In this document: positions 1 through 9,229 of the stretch, in pieces
Position numbering within the stretch: the stretch's first letter is position 1
Layout: each line of letters starts with the position of its first letter
Assembly: GCA_050125095.1 (NCBI GenBank)
Contig: JASFEA010000051.1
Span: forward strand, 1-19,533
Source of the DNA: a bacterium
GTDB taxonomy: Bacteria > Arandabacterota > Arandabacteria > Arandabacterales > JALGWA01
Length of the DNA: 19,533 nt
Reading direction: 5' to 3'
Position numbers and translations under genes: made by a program
Notes under the pieces: generated by a model
The model's database searches: none
The model's input: the letters and a program-made list of their open reading frames with translations, nothing else
Told to the model about the DNA's origin: nothing

Positions 1-1
1 C

Positions 2-3000
2 CTCGACCAGCAGGCGAGCAGGCTCAAGGTCAGCATCGAGGAGTTCGGGGAGATGACCCTGAGGTCCGAGCATCCTCCGCGTATGGCCGGCCGGTGCAGC
101 GTGTTTGCCAAGACGGACATGATTCATCTCCAGCAGCAGGCCACGCCCGACTACGACATAGTGGCCGGCCTCTGCTTCGCGATGGCCCGCAACTTCAAGT
201 CGTCCATAGCCAAGGGCAAGCATTTCACCAAGCCCATATCTTTCCAGGGCGGCGTGGCCGCCAACAAGGGCATGGTAAGGGCTTTCACCGAGGTACTGGG
301 CCTTGAGCCGGGCGAGCTCATAATACCCGAGCATTTCGCGTCAATGGGGGCCATCGGCGCCGCGCTCACGGCGATGGAGAAGGATGAGAGACTTAAGGGC
401 GTGATTGACCTTAAGCCTCTCGAAGACCACATTGAAAGGCACGCGGGGCTCGGAGAGGGGCTGCCGCGGCTCCAACTTCCGCCCGAGAAGTGCTACAAGA
501 ACCGTGGCGAGAAGACCATACACAGGCCCAAGGAGAGAATTAAGGCCTATCTGGGCATAGACATCGGCTCAATCAGCACCAATGTCGTCGCGATTGACGG
601 GGACAAGCGCGTCCTCTCGCGGCGCTATCTGATGACCGCCGGCCGCCCCATCGAGGCGGTGAGGCAGGGCCTTGACGAAGTGGGTGGGGAGATCGCCGAC
701 CTGGTTGATGTATGCGGTGTGTGCACCACGGGCTCGGGACGTTACCTCATCGGCGACTTCGTGGGCGCCGATCTGGTGCGCAACGAGATCACCTGCCAGG
801 CCCGGGGCGCGGCTGATATCGATCCGACGGTCGATACCATATTCGAGATCGGCGGCCAGGACTCCAAGTACATCAGTCTCGAAGGCGGCGCGGTGGTCGA
901 CTTCGAAATGAACAAGGTATGCGCGGCCGGAACGGGCTCGTTCCTCGAAGAGCAGGCCGAGAAACTCGGCATCAATATCAAGCGCGAATTCGGAGAGCTG
1001 GCCCTGGGTTCCAAAAATCCCGTGAGGCTGGGCGAGAGATGCACGGTATTCATGGAATCCGACCTCGTTCATCACCAGCAGAAGGGGGCCGAGCGGGACG
1101 ACCTCATAGCCGGTCTCGGCTACTCGATCGTGTATAACTATCTCAACAAGGTGGTCGCCGGCAAGAGAGTCGGGGACAACATCTTTTTCCAGGGAGGCAC
1201 CGCGGCCAATGACGCCGTGGTCGCGGCCTTCGAGGCCGTTACCGGAAAGCCCATCACCGTTCCGGAGCACCATGACGTGACGGGCGCCATCGGCGCCGCA
1301 GTGCTGGCGCTGGAAAACGCGACTGACGGCAAGAGCACCTTCAAGGGTTTCGATCTCAGCAAGAAGAAGTACGAGATTACGAGCTTCGAATGCCATGACT
1401 GCCCAAACATGTGCGAGGTGAGGAAGGTCGTCGTGGAGGGCGAGAGGCCCCTCTATTACGGCTCGCGATGCGAGAAGTTCGACGTTGACAAGAAGACCTC
1501 GAAGGCCGAGGGCGTGCCGGATCTCTTCGGCGAGCGCGAGAAGATGCTGACGACGCTTTTCGTGAAGCCCGGGCCGGATGTCAAGAAGGACGACACCAAA
1601 GTCGGCGTTCCCCGGCTGCTTCTCTTCCACGAGCTCTATCCGCTCTGGCACGCGTTCTTCGCCCACCTTGGAATAGACCCCGTGCTGTCGGATAAGACCA
1701 ACACGCGCATCATTCACGCCGGCGTGGAGGACGTTCCCGCGGAGACATGCTTCCCGGTGAAGGTCGGCCACGGGCACATCAAGAATCTGCTTGATAAGGA
1801 CGTGGACTATATATTCCTTCCCAGCGTCATCAACCTGAAGCACAGGAACCCTTCGATCGAACAGAGTTTCGCATGCCCTTACGCGCAGACGATTCCCTAC
1901 ATGTCGCCGTCGGCTTTCGATTTCGAGGCCCATGGCGTGAAGATCCTTGAGCCCAAGGTATTCCTGGCGCGCGGCAAGAAGGAGATAGTGAAGAGCCTCG
2001 AGGAGGTGGGCAATCAGCTCGGCAAATCCAGGTCTCAGGTGAAGGCGGCCGTCGATGCCGCTCTGGAGTCGCAGGAGATGTTCTACTCCTCGCTCAAGAA
2101 GCGCGGCCAGGAAGTGCTCGATAATCTCGGGGACGACCAGAGGGGTTTCGTCATCGTCAGCCGCCCGTACAACGGCTGCGACAACGGCGTGAATCTCGAG
2201 CTTCCAAAGAAGCTCCGCGACCTGGGAGCGCTTCCCATTCCCATGGATTTCCTGCCGCTGGATAAGGTCAATCTCGCCGACGAGTGGGAGAACATGTACT
2301 GGCGCTACGGCCAGAAGATCATGGCGGCGGCGGAGATCATAAGGCGGGACAAGCGACTCTTCGCTATTTACATCACCAACTTCGGCTGCGGTCCGGACTC
2401 GTTCCTCCTGAGGTTCTTCCGCGAGGCCATGAGAGGGAAGCCCTATCTTGGAATAGAGATCGACGAGCACAGCGCGGATGTCGGGGCCATAACGCGCTGC
2501 GAGGCGTTCCTGGACAGCATAGAGCATGCGCGGGTCACCGAGCTGGACGAGGACGTCACCGTGGTCGACGATCGCGACAGGCTCACGACAACCGGAGACG
2601 GGCGGAAGCGCAAGCTGTATGTTCCCAACATGTCGCCACATGCCCACCCCTTTGCGGCGGCGTTTACGAGGGCCGGCATCCCGGCGGAAGTCCTCCCCGA
2701 ATCGGACAGCGAGACGCTGGTCTACGGGAGGCAGTTCACCTCGGGAAAGGAATGCTACCCCTGCATCGTCACAACCGGAGACATGGTAAAGAAGACGAAA
2801 GATCCCGACTTCGACCCCGACCACTCGGCCTTCTTCATGCCTTCAGGCACTGGACCCTGCAGGTTCGGGCAGTACAACAAGCTGCACAGGCTCGTTCTCA
2901 AGGAGATCGGGCTGGAGCAGGTGCCCGTTATATCCCCCAACCAGGGAAGGTCGTTCTACAACGAACTGGGCGAAGTCGCGAAGAACTTCGACCGGACGGC

Positions 3001-3826
3001 CTGGCGCGGACTTCTGGCCGTCGACTTCATATTGAAGATGACGAGGGAACGCAGGCCCTACGAACTCAAGAAGGGCGAACACGACAGAGTGTTCTGGGAG
3101 AGCGTCCACAGGGTGAGCGACTGCATTCTGAAAGATGAGGACATCTTTGACGTGCTTGAGGAGATAAGGAACAAGTTGTACGCCATTCCGATAGACGACA
3201 GCGTGAGGAAGCCGCTGATCGGCATCGTGGGAGAGGTGTTCGTGAGGACCAACGCTTTCAGCAACAATAACATCGTCGCCGAGGTCGAAAGGCTGGGCGG
3301 CGAGGCGCTGCTGCCCCCGTTCACGGAGTGGATAATGTACACCAACTTCACCCGCAAACGCGGCAACCTCCTCAACAAGGACTACAAGTCATACTTCGTG
3401 ACCTGGATTAAGGACCGGGTGCAGAAGAAGGACGAGCACCGCATGATGGAGATCTTCAAAGGCTACGTCAGGAACCTGCACGAGCCGACCACCGAGGAAG
3501 TTATAGAGGAGGGTATGGCCTATATTCACGATTCTTTTGAGGGGGAGGCCATATTGAGCGTCGGCAAGTCCATCGACTTCGTCGAGAAGGGCGCGAGCGG
3601 CATCATAAACGTAATGCCGTTCACCTGCATGCCAGGGACCGTGGTGGCCGCGGTCATGAAGCGGGTAAGGCGCGACCTGGACAATGTCCCGTTCCTCAAC
3701 ATGGCCTATGACGGCCTCGAGCAGACCAACACGGTGACAAGGCTGGAGGCGTTCATGCACCAGGCGGCCCAGTACGATCGGCGCAAGAGGGCCGAGAAAG
3801 AGGTTGAGATAAAAGCTGCGGCCTGA
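2..3826 (+). CDS. CoA-substrate-specific enzyme activase (tandem BadF/BadG/BcrA/BcrD ASKHA ATPase domains) fused to DUF2229 / 2-hydroxyacyl-CoA dehydratase-like domains; 5'-truncated
   Basis: The frame is open from base 2 (LDQQASRLKVSIEEFGEM...), so ATG 53 is internal. First ATPase repeat: GRCSVFA, FQGGVAAN, MGAIGAA. Second repeat: GIDIGSIST, TTGSGR, EIGGQDSK, MNKVCAAGTGSFLEEQA, RCTVFMES. Then CHDCPNMC, ETCFPVK, CPY, FGCGPDS, ECYPC, GPCRFGQY, PFTCMPG, TRLEAF. Confidence 0.9.
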   Translation, partial: LDQQASRLKVSIEEFGEMTLRSEHPPRMAGRCSVFAKTDMIHLQQQATPDYDIVAGLCFAMARNFKSSIAKGKHFTKPISFQGGVAANKGMVRAFTEVLGLEPGELIIPEHFASMGAIGAALTAMEKDERLKGVIDLKPLEDHIERHAGLGEGLPRLQLPPEKCYKNRGEKTIHRPKERIKAYLGIDIGSISTNVVAIDGDKRVLSRRYLMTAGRPIEAVRQGLDEVGGEIADLVDVCGVCTTGSGRYLIGDFVGADLVRNEITCQARGAADIDPTVDTIFEIGGQDSKYISLEGGAVVDFEMNKVCAAGTGSFLEEQAEKLGINIKREFGELALGSKNPVRLGERCTVFMESDLVHHQQKGAERDDLIAGLGYSIVYNYLNKVVAGKRVGDNIFFQGGTAANDAVVAAFEAVTGKPITVPEHHDVTGAIGAAVLALENATDGKSTFKGFDLSKKKYEITSFECHDCPNMCEVRKVVVEGERPLYYGSRCEKFDVDKKTSKAEGVPDLFGEREKMLTTLFVKPGPDVKKDDTKVGVPRLLLFHELYPLWHAFFAHLGIDPVLSDKTNTRIIHAGVEDVPAETCFPVKVGHGHIKNLLDKDVDYIFLPSVINLKHRNPSIEQSFACPYAQTIPYMSPSAFDFEAHGVKILEPKVFLARGKKEIVKSLEEVGNQLGKSRSQVKAAVDAALESQEMFYSSLKKRGQEVLDNLGDDQRGFVIVSRPYNGCDNGVNLELPKKLRDLGALPIPMDFLPLDKVNLADEWENMYWRYGQKIMAAAEIIRRDKRLFAIYITNFGCGPDSFLLRFFREAMRGKPYLGIEIDEHSADVGAITRCEAFLDSIEHARVTELDEDVTVVDDRDRLTTTGDGRKRKLYVPNMSPHAHPFAAAFTRAGIPAEVLPESDSETLVYGRQFTSGKECYPCIVTTGDMVKKTKDPDFDPDHSAFFMPSGTGPCRFGQYNKLHRLVLKEIGLEQVPVISPNQGRSFYNELGEVAKNFDRTAWRGLLAVDFILKMTRERRPYELKKGEHDRVFWESVHRVSDCILKDEDIFDVLEEIRNKLYAIPIDDSVRKPLIGIVGEVFVRTNAFSNNNIVAEVERLGGEALLPPFTEWIMYTNFTRKRGNLLNKDYKSYFVTWIKDRVQKKDEHRMMEIFKGYVRNLHEPTTEEVIEEGMAYIHDSFEGEAILSVGKSIDFVEKGASGIINVMPFTCMPGTVVAAVMKRVRRDLDNVPFLNMAYDGLEQTNTVTRLEAFMHQAAQYDRRKRAEKEVEIKAAA

Positions 3827-3834
3827 ATATAGTC

Positions 3835-3912
3835 AAGAGGCCCCTTGCAGATTGCAATACGCGATCACATATTGCAATGCGTGATCGTTGCAATTCGCGA
3901 AGGGCCTTTTTT
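3835..3912 (+). terminator. Long imperfect inverted repeat followed by T6; probable terminator of the activase gene, also containing three TTGCAAT motifs
   Basis: Left arm aagaggccccttgcagattgcaa (3835-3857) pairs imperfectly with ttgcaattcgcgaagggcctttt (3888-3910). Inner arms cgatcac/gtgatcg flank a central attgcaat. A T run spans 3907-3912. Confidence 0.55.
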
Positions 3913-3960
3913 ATGCCCTCCTAATTCATTTAGAATCAAGGCGCTGCTCTATCCCGCAAG

Positions 3961-3976
3961 TGGCACCATCATTGCT
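3961..3976 (+). promoter_or_regulatory. Sigma-54 (-24/-12) promoter for the GalT-like gene
   Basis: TGGCAC-catca-TTGCT matches TGGCAC-N5-TTGCW exactly and lies 25 nt upstream of ATG 4001. An RBS-like agaggggg precedes the ATG. An IHF-like AATCAAggcgCTG (one mismatch) lies at 3934-3946. Confidence 0.8.
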
Positions 3977-4000
3977 TAATCCCATGGTAGAGGGGGCGTT

Positions 4001-4993
4001 ATGGCCGAATTGCGGAGACATCCCATACTCGGGGAATGGGTCGTCATCTGTCCCGAGAGAGAAGACTATCTCTCGGAGAGATGCCAGTCTCCATGCATCT
4101 ACTGCTCGGGAAACGAGAACCGCCTCGGCGTCGAAATCTATGCCGGCGAGCCGATATCAGGCAGCGGGGACGGCGACGGCCGGATACGGGTATTCGCGGG
4201 CTCGCCGCCCCTCTTCAGGATCGAGGGCGGGCTCGGAAAGCGCGCGGTCGGCATGTGCGATTGCATGCAGAGTATCGGCGCGCATGAGGTCGTTATCGAA
4301 TCCCCGTTGCATGATAAAGACATGGAGTCCTTGGACGACCGGACGCTTTGCGCACTATTCGACGTCCTCCGCCTGCGCTCCGCGGACCTCGCCCAGGACA
4401 AGAGATTCCGTCACATTACCATATTCAGACTCGACGCCTGCGATGATTCAGGGAACCGGGTGCATCCGGTATGGGACATAGTCGCCACGCCGTTCATCCC
4501 TAGAGCGATCAAAGATGAGCTCCAAGGCGCAAAGCAGTATTTCCTTCACAAGGAACGCTGCGCATTCTGTGACTACATACGCCAAGAAAAGGCCGCCGAA
4601 GAGAGAGTCATCATCCAAGATCCGCACGCAATCGCCGTCCTGCCGTATGCAGCCCGGTTCCCTTTTGAAATATGGCTGATGCCGCTCAGGCACTCACCGG
4701 ACTTCGGTGCCGCGGGCGGAGACGAAAGCCTCAGTATCGCCCGCGCCCTCAAGAGACTGATCGGCGCCTATAAGCGGCTCGAGCATTACAGGGGTTACAT
4801 ACTCTCGATTCACACGGCTCCGGTAAGGCGTCTGGGGCAGGGCAAGTGGGAGACCATCGACCAGGACTTTCACTGGCATGTTGAGCTCCGGCCCCGGCTG
4901 AACGGGGTTGACGGCATAACCGAGTCAGTCGGGTTTCATCTCAACCCGGTACCGTCCGAAGAGGCGGCGCGCATTATGAGGCAATACCTGTAA
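4001..4993 (+). CDS. GalT (galactose-1-phosphate uridylyltransferase / HIT-fold) homologue, catalytically degenerate
   Basis: MAELRRHPILGEWV N-terminus, CIYCSGNE, GAHEVVIESPLH, RCAFCD, PYAARFPFEIWLMP, FHWHVELRP and GFHLNPVPSEEAA are GalT-family-like. The HPHxQ catalytic motif reads HPVWD. Confidence 0.85.
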   Translation: MAELRRHPILGEWVVICPEREDYLSERCQSPCIYCSGNENRLGVEIYAGEPISGSGDGDGRIRVFAGSPPLFRIEGGLGKRAVGMCDCMQSIGAHEVVIESPLHDKDMESLDDRTLCALFDVLRLRSADLAQDKRFRHITIFRLDACDDSGNRVHPVWDIVATPFIPRAIKDELQGAKQYFLHKERCAFCDYIRQEKAAEERVIIQDPHAIAVLPYAARFPFEIWLMPLRHSPDFGAAGGDESLSIARALKRLIGAYKRLEHYRGYILSIHTAPVRRLGQGKWETIDQDFHWHVELRPRLNGVDGITESVGFHLNPVPSEEAARIMRQYL

Positions 4994-5001
4994 TGAGAAG
5001 A

Positions 5002-5023
5002 GGGCGGTCCGGCCGGACCGCCC
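5002..5023. terminator. GC-rich hairpin between convergent genes; probable terminator
   Basis: gggcggtccggccggaccgccc is a perfect 22-bp palindrome. On the - strand it is followed by a pyrimidine-rich tail (tcttctc). Confidence 0.6.
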
Positions 5024-5054
5024 GCGGTATGCTGCTTGAGCCGTTCCCAGGCTC

Positions 5055-7778
5055 CTATCTTAAGAGCACCATCTTACGAGTAAGCACTTCGGTGTCCGCG
5101 ACCAGCCGATAATAGTAGATGCCCGACGCCACCTTCCGGCCGCGGTTGTCGGCGCCGTCCCAGGTGATCTCATGCGCGCCGGCGTCCATCTCGCCGTCAG
5201 CGAGCGTGACTATCTCCCGGCCGCGCACGTCGTAAACGCTCATCTCGACCTTTGCGCCGCGCGGCAGGCTGAACGCGATTCGGGTTGCCGGGCCGAACGG
5301 GTTGGGCGAGTTCTGCATGAGTCGCACCCGCTCGACGGCGATCTCTCCGGCACCGGCCGACGGGTTCCAGGGCTCGTCGAAGATGTTCCTCAATATGTAC
5401 TCGCAGTTGGCCCGCATGCTCGCATGGTCGTACCTGTAAGGCCGGCCCGAGATGAAGATGAACTGCGCCCCGTCGCCGCGCTGGTCGCCGCCGCCCGGCG
5501 GGTCGTTCCAGACGCCAAGTCCCCGCACTTCCGGAAACATGTTGTACTGCGCAAAGAGAAGCGTGCTGTTACCCGTCACGGACGCAGTGTCGAATACGGC
5601 GTTGTAGGACTGTGTTCCCAGCCGGGGCATGTCGACAAGCCCCGTGTATTCGCTCGTAGCCCTGCGCGTCGTGTTCTCGCGGTTCTCCGCCCACTCGGTT
5701 CCAAGGCGGCTGCGCAGCGCTTCATAGACGAAGTCCTGGCCCATTCTCGTCATGAGAAGCAGATTGCCGCCGGCGTTCAGATAGCCCACTATGGGGGTCT
5801 CGTACCACATGTCGAGGTCGCCGTTGTAATTATTGCCCAGCCATACGACGGCGGAGAACTGCTTTATCGTGTCCGCCGGGACAGGGCCCGTTCCGAGAGG
5901 CGCCGGCAGGGAGGAAGGGTACCCGCCGGCGGGCCCCGTAGAGAACACGTCCCAGAAGCTTATGGGCAGCGTTCCCCAGAAAATGCTGTCGGCATAGGCA
6001 TCGGTTATCTCGGTCCCGTAGGTGTCCCAGTGCACTCCGTTTACGAGCAGAATCCCCCGGTCGAATGTGGCGTCCGTGATCTCCTCGGAGATCATCCTCA
6101 AGATCCACTCGTCTTTGTCTATCTCGAGGGCGATGGGCTCGTCGTCCACGTTCAGAATGAAATTCTGCACCGCCAGCGAATCCTCAACGACCAGCGTGGT
6201 GTCGCCGGCCGTCGTGGTCACCGTGACCTGTATGGGCATGGTGAATACGTGGTTGGTCTGCAGCTGCTCGATGGTGAGGTTTATGTCATAACCGGTCAGG
6301 GCACCCGGGGCGTAGTCCCAGCCCACATGGTAGAACGGGAATCCTTCCTCGTACACCCACTGGTGGAAGAAGGCGTCGAAGTCGCGTCCGGCGACGCTCT
6401 CGCAGATGTCCCGGAACTGCTCGGTGGTACAGGAGCTGTACTGGTATTCACTCGAGTAATATGTCCGCAATATGTCGAAGAACGTCGAGTCTCCGACGAT
6501 GCCGCGAAGCATGTGGGGTATCCACGAGGCCTTGTTGTAAGTGAGGTCGCCATCGAAGATGCGGTTCCAGTCCGATAGATCGGGCACGTATATTGTCCCT
6601 GCGCCATAGTACTTGGCGTATTCCATCTGGTTCTTGTACTCGGCCCATCCGTAGGTATGCTCCGCGTACAGGGCCTCGCTGTATACCGCGAAGCCCTCAT
6701 TCAGCCAGATGTGATGGAAGTCGTTGCAGGTTATCATGTCGCCCCACCACATATGGGCGAGCTCGTGGACGATGAGGTACTCGCTGTACCCGCCGAGGCT
6801 GGTTATGGTCTGATGCTCCATGCCGCCGCCCCACGTGAATTCGGCGTGACCGTATTTCTCCTCGAGGAATGGGTACTCGCCGTAGAGCGAAGCGAAAAGG
6901 TCGATCATGTAGGGGACCTTGCCGTAATTCTCCTGCACGGCGTCATAGTGATCCGGGAATACGTAGTACCGGCACTCCATCGAGTCGGTCGGCGAGTAGT
7001 TGTAGTAGTTCGAGAAGATGGTGTAAGGGTGTATGGCCACGGAGACCAGGTAGGTGGCTATGGGGTACTGCTCATGCCACTTGTAGGTCATGGTCGTGCC
7101 GTTGTCCACCGTATCCCGCAGGTTGCCGTTCGAGGCGACGATGAGCGCCTCCGGGACAGTTACCCAGATATCTGCCGAATCGGCTTTGTCATGGGAGTAG
7201 TCCTTGCAGGGCCACCATGTGCGGGCGCCGAAGGGCTCGCTCAGACTCCAGATCATGTGACTGCCGCCGTAAGAATCGAAGTCAAAGGCGCCGGCCGATG
7301 CGTCCGGCGTACCGCTGTAAGTGATGTCCAGCGTGAAGGACTCGCCCGTGGAATAAGACCGGTCAAGGTCTACGCTCAGGATGTCGCCGGCATGGCTGAA
7401 TGTGGCGGCGATTCCGCCCGAGAGCACGGCCGAGACCGTCATATTGTCGTAGAGGTCGACGTCCGCGGTCGTCAGCGGCCCCGTGACCACCTCTGCCACC
7501 ATGCGCACCGTGCCCGATACGGTTTGTGCCGTGGGGTCTACGGCTATGTCGAGCCAGTAGTAAGTCGCGTCATAGTAATCCTGATTCGTCGTCGGCGTGC
7601 TCTCGAGAATCGGGAGCCGCGCGTAGAAACGCGCCTTGGCCTCGGCGATTTCATGGGATATGTCCCCGGGGCCTTTGGGCTCAGGCGCCGCGAGCACACA
7701 TGCTGAAAGCGAGGTGACTATAAGTGCAAGGCCTGCCGCAGATACTACTGTCCGTACCAGCGCATCACGTCCGGGCAT
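5055..7778 (-). CDS. Secreted M1-family zinc aminopeptidase with C-terminal FlgD-Ig / T9SS-like sorting domain
   Basis: N-terminal hydrophobic signal; ARTWWPC; GGMEH (GAMEN-like); HELAHMWWG...WLNEGFA (HExxH-18-E); catalytic Tyr in TYNKA; C-terminal QNSPNPF...YDVRGR...WDG...VASGIYYY...KMVLLR. RBS aaggag upstream of the start. Confidence 0.92.
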   Translation of the reverse strand: MPGRDALVRTVVSAAGLALIVTSLSACVLAAPEPKGPGDISHEIAEAKARFYARLPILESTPTTNQDYYDATYYWLDIAVDPTAQTVSGTVRMVAEVVTGPLTTADVDLYDNMTVSAVLSGGIAATFSHAGDILSVDLDRSYSTGESFTLDITYSGTPDASAGAFDFDSYGGSHMIWSLSEPFGARTWWPCKDYSHDKADSADIWVTVPEALIVASNGNLRDTVDNGTTMTYKWHEQYPIATYLVSVAIHPYTIFSNYYNYSPTDSMECRYYVFPDHYDAVQENYGKVPYMIDLFASLYGEYPFLEEKYGHAEFTWGGGMEHQTITSLGGYSEYLIVHELAHMWWGDMITCNDFHHIWLNEGFAVYSEALYAEHTYGWAEYKNQMEYAKYYGAGTIYVPDLSDWNRIFDGDLTYNKASWIPHMLRGIVGDSTFFDILRTYYSSEYQYSSCTTEQFRDICESVAGRDFDAFFHQWVYEEGFPFYHVGWDYAPGALTGYDINLTIEQLQTNHVFTMPIQVTVTTTAGDTTLVVEDSLAVQNFILNVDDEPIALEIDKDEWILRMISEEITDATFDRGILLVNGVHWDTYGTEITDAYADSIFWGTLPISFWDVFSTGPAGGYPSSLPAPLGTGPVPADTIKQFSAVVWLGNNYNGDLDMWYETPIVGYLNAGGNLLLMTRMGQDFVYEALRSRLGTEWAENRENTTRRATSEYTGLVDMPRLGTQSYNAVFDTASVTGNSTLLFAQYNMFPEVRGLGVWNDPPGGGDQRGDGAQFIFISGRPYRYDHASMRANCEYILRNIFDEPWNPSAGAGEIAVERVRLMQNSPNPFGPATRIAFSLPRGAKVEMSVYDVRGREIVTLADGEMDAGAHEITWDGADNRGRKVASGIYYYRLVADTEVLTRKMVLLR

Positions 7779-7858
7779 GTTCCGCTCCTTTTCTGAATTC
7801 GATGATACGTCGACACCAACACATGAAACAGGCGGCCCTTATGCGCCGCCTCCTGTTT

Positions 7859-7887
7859 ATTATAGCACAATGGCGGTGTGAGTGCAA
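7859..7887 (-). promoter_or_regulatory. Sigma-70 promoter for the M1 peptidase
   Basis: On the - strand: TTGCAC, a 17-nt spacer, then TATAAT with an extended -10 TG. A 5'-leader hairpin follows immediately (7826-7858). Confidence 0.75.
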
Positions 7888-8270
7888 CGCCGCCGGGTGT
7901 CGCCTATGTGAACGTCAGTGTCGCGGTTCGTGGACAACGCGTCTCGACCGGCATCGGCCCGGTTCCGGGGCGTTTGGTTGACGGATTGCGGCCATGCCCT
8001 AACTCGAAAGCCGGCAAGCGCTTGTGATATTGCCTGAGACCAGGTTGTTACGCTCGCCCCCCCGACCATGGCGGCATGGGAAATGCATATATAGAGGGGC
8101 GGTAAAGGGAAGGCAGTGAATACCACTGCTTGTGCAGCGCTCCTCATCATGGTTGGTGGGTCACTGGGAGCCGGCGCGGCTTGGGGTCCGGGCGGGAATC
8201 GGGCCGCGGCGCGCCGGCTGACGGCCCCGGCAGGCGGCTGCATGATTAGCTTCTACCGGCCCTCAGGATG

Positions 8271-8279
8271 TGATATAAT
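8271..8279 (+). promoter_or_regulatory. Extended -10 promoter element upstream of the PAP2 gene
   Basis: TGaTATAAT is present; the -35 box is weak (TTCTAC, 17-nt spacer). Confidence 0.5.
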
Positions 8280-8317
8280 CAATGCCGCATGCGAAGGCCA
8301 TAACCGAAAGAGAGAGT

Positions 8318-9166
8318 GTGAGAATTCCCCTGGCAGTTCTTATCATCATCACGGTTGCATGCCTGATCGCGCCCCCGGCCCGGCCGGGGGAGTTGTTTCC
8401 TCTCAATCGCAGTGAAAACCCGCATGACCTCAGTCTCGGCCTGGATTACTTCAAAGGGTATCTGTCGGACGCGGGAGCCATAGTGGCATCACCGCTGTCA
8501 TGGCGCGGCGAGGAGTGGCTCAAATTTTCGGCTGTCGTGGCAGTCACCTTCGTGATTTCAAGCGAAGAAGACGATGTGCAGTCGTGGGTGCAGAAAAGCC
8601 GCAACGACGATACCGACATGGTGGCGCAATACACCGGGCCGGCCGGCAGCGGGAAATACGTTCTCCCGGCCCTGGTCGGACTGTATGGATATGGGCGCAT
8701 CGCCGGGAGGGACAGGGCGGAACGCACTGCGCTTCTCGGCATGGAGAGCGTTATCCTGTCGGGATTTTTTACAAATGCTGTCAAGTATCTCACTCACAAG
8801 CACAGGCCCGGTCCCGCTTATGGAAATGACGTCTCGTGGAACGGGCCCGGTCTCTCGCATGCCGACCTGTCCTTCCCTTCGGGCCACTCCACCTGCAGCT
8901 TCGCGGTGGCCACGGTGGTGGCCCTGGAATACGGCGACAATTCACTAGTGCCGCCCCTGGCCTATTGCGCCGCGACGCTGGCGGCCCTGTCGAGAGTGAA
9001 TGACAACGCGCACTGGATGTCCGACATCATCCTGGGGTCAGCCATCGGCCATTTTACTGCGAGGGCGATTGTGTCGAGACACGGCGGCGGCCCCGCCAGC
9101 CGCGTGAGCCTTGTTCCGGCTGCAAGAAGCGGAGGCATGAGCCTGGCGCTTTGCCTGGAGTTCTGA
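8318..9166 (+). CDS. PAP2-family (type 2 phosphatidic acid phosphatase-like) membrane protein with N-terminal signal
   Basis: C1 KYLTHKHRP, C2 SFPSGHS, C3 SRVNDNAHWMSDI. GTG 8318 is preferred over ATG 8282 because of the purine-rich RBS and because the -10 box ends at 8279. Confidence 0.88.
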   Translation: MRIPLAVLIIITVACLIAPPARPGELFPLNRSENPHDLSLGLDYFKGYLSDAGAIVASPLSWRGEEWLKFSAVVAVTFVISSEEDDVQSWVQKSRNDDTDMVAQYTGPAGSGKYVLPALVGLYGYGRIAGRDRAERTALLGMESVILSGFFTNAVKYLTHKHRPGPAYGNDVSWNGPGLSHADLSFPSGHSTCSFAVATVVALEYGDNSLVPPLAYCAATLAALSRVNDNAHWMSDIILGSAIGHFTARAIVSRHGGGPASRVSLVPAARSGGMSLALCLEF

Positions 9167-9200
9167 GAGCCAGCCGCCGGGTCGATCCCGTTTTTCCGGC

Positions 9201-9229
9201 TTGACCAATCCTGATTTCCCCGCTATCTT
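9201..9229 (+). promoter_or_regulatory. Sigma-70 promoter for asnA
   Basis: TTGACC, 17-nt spacer, TATCTT. Confidence 0.55.

Noticed and set aside
569-2824. 751-aa antisense ORF and other long shadow ORFs (5172-6578, 6657-7706, 9361-10344, 12643-13776, 18034-19431)
   Set aside because: They lie antisense to well-supported genes, have no recognisable motifs, and are expected from high-GC codon bias.
4001-4993. Annotation as functional galT, or as a pseudogene
   Set aside because: The catalytic His and substrate motifs are missing, yet the ORF is full length with no stop or frameshift.
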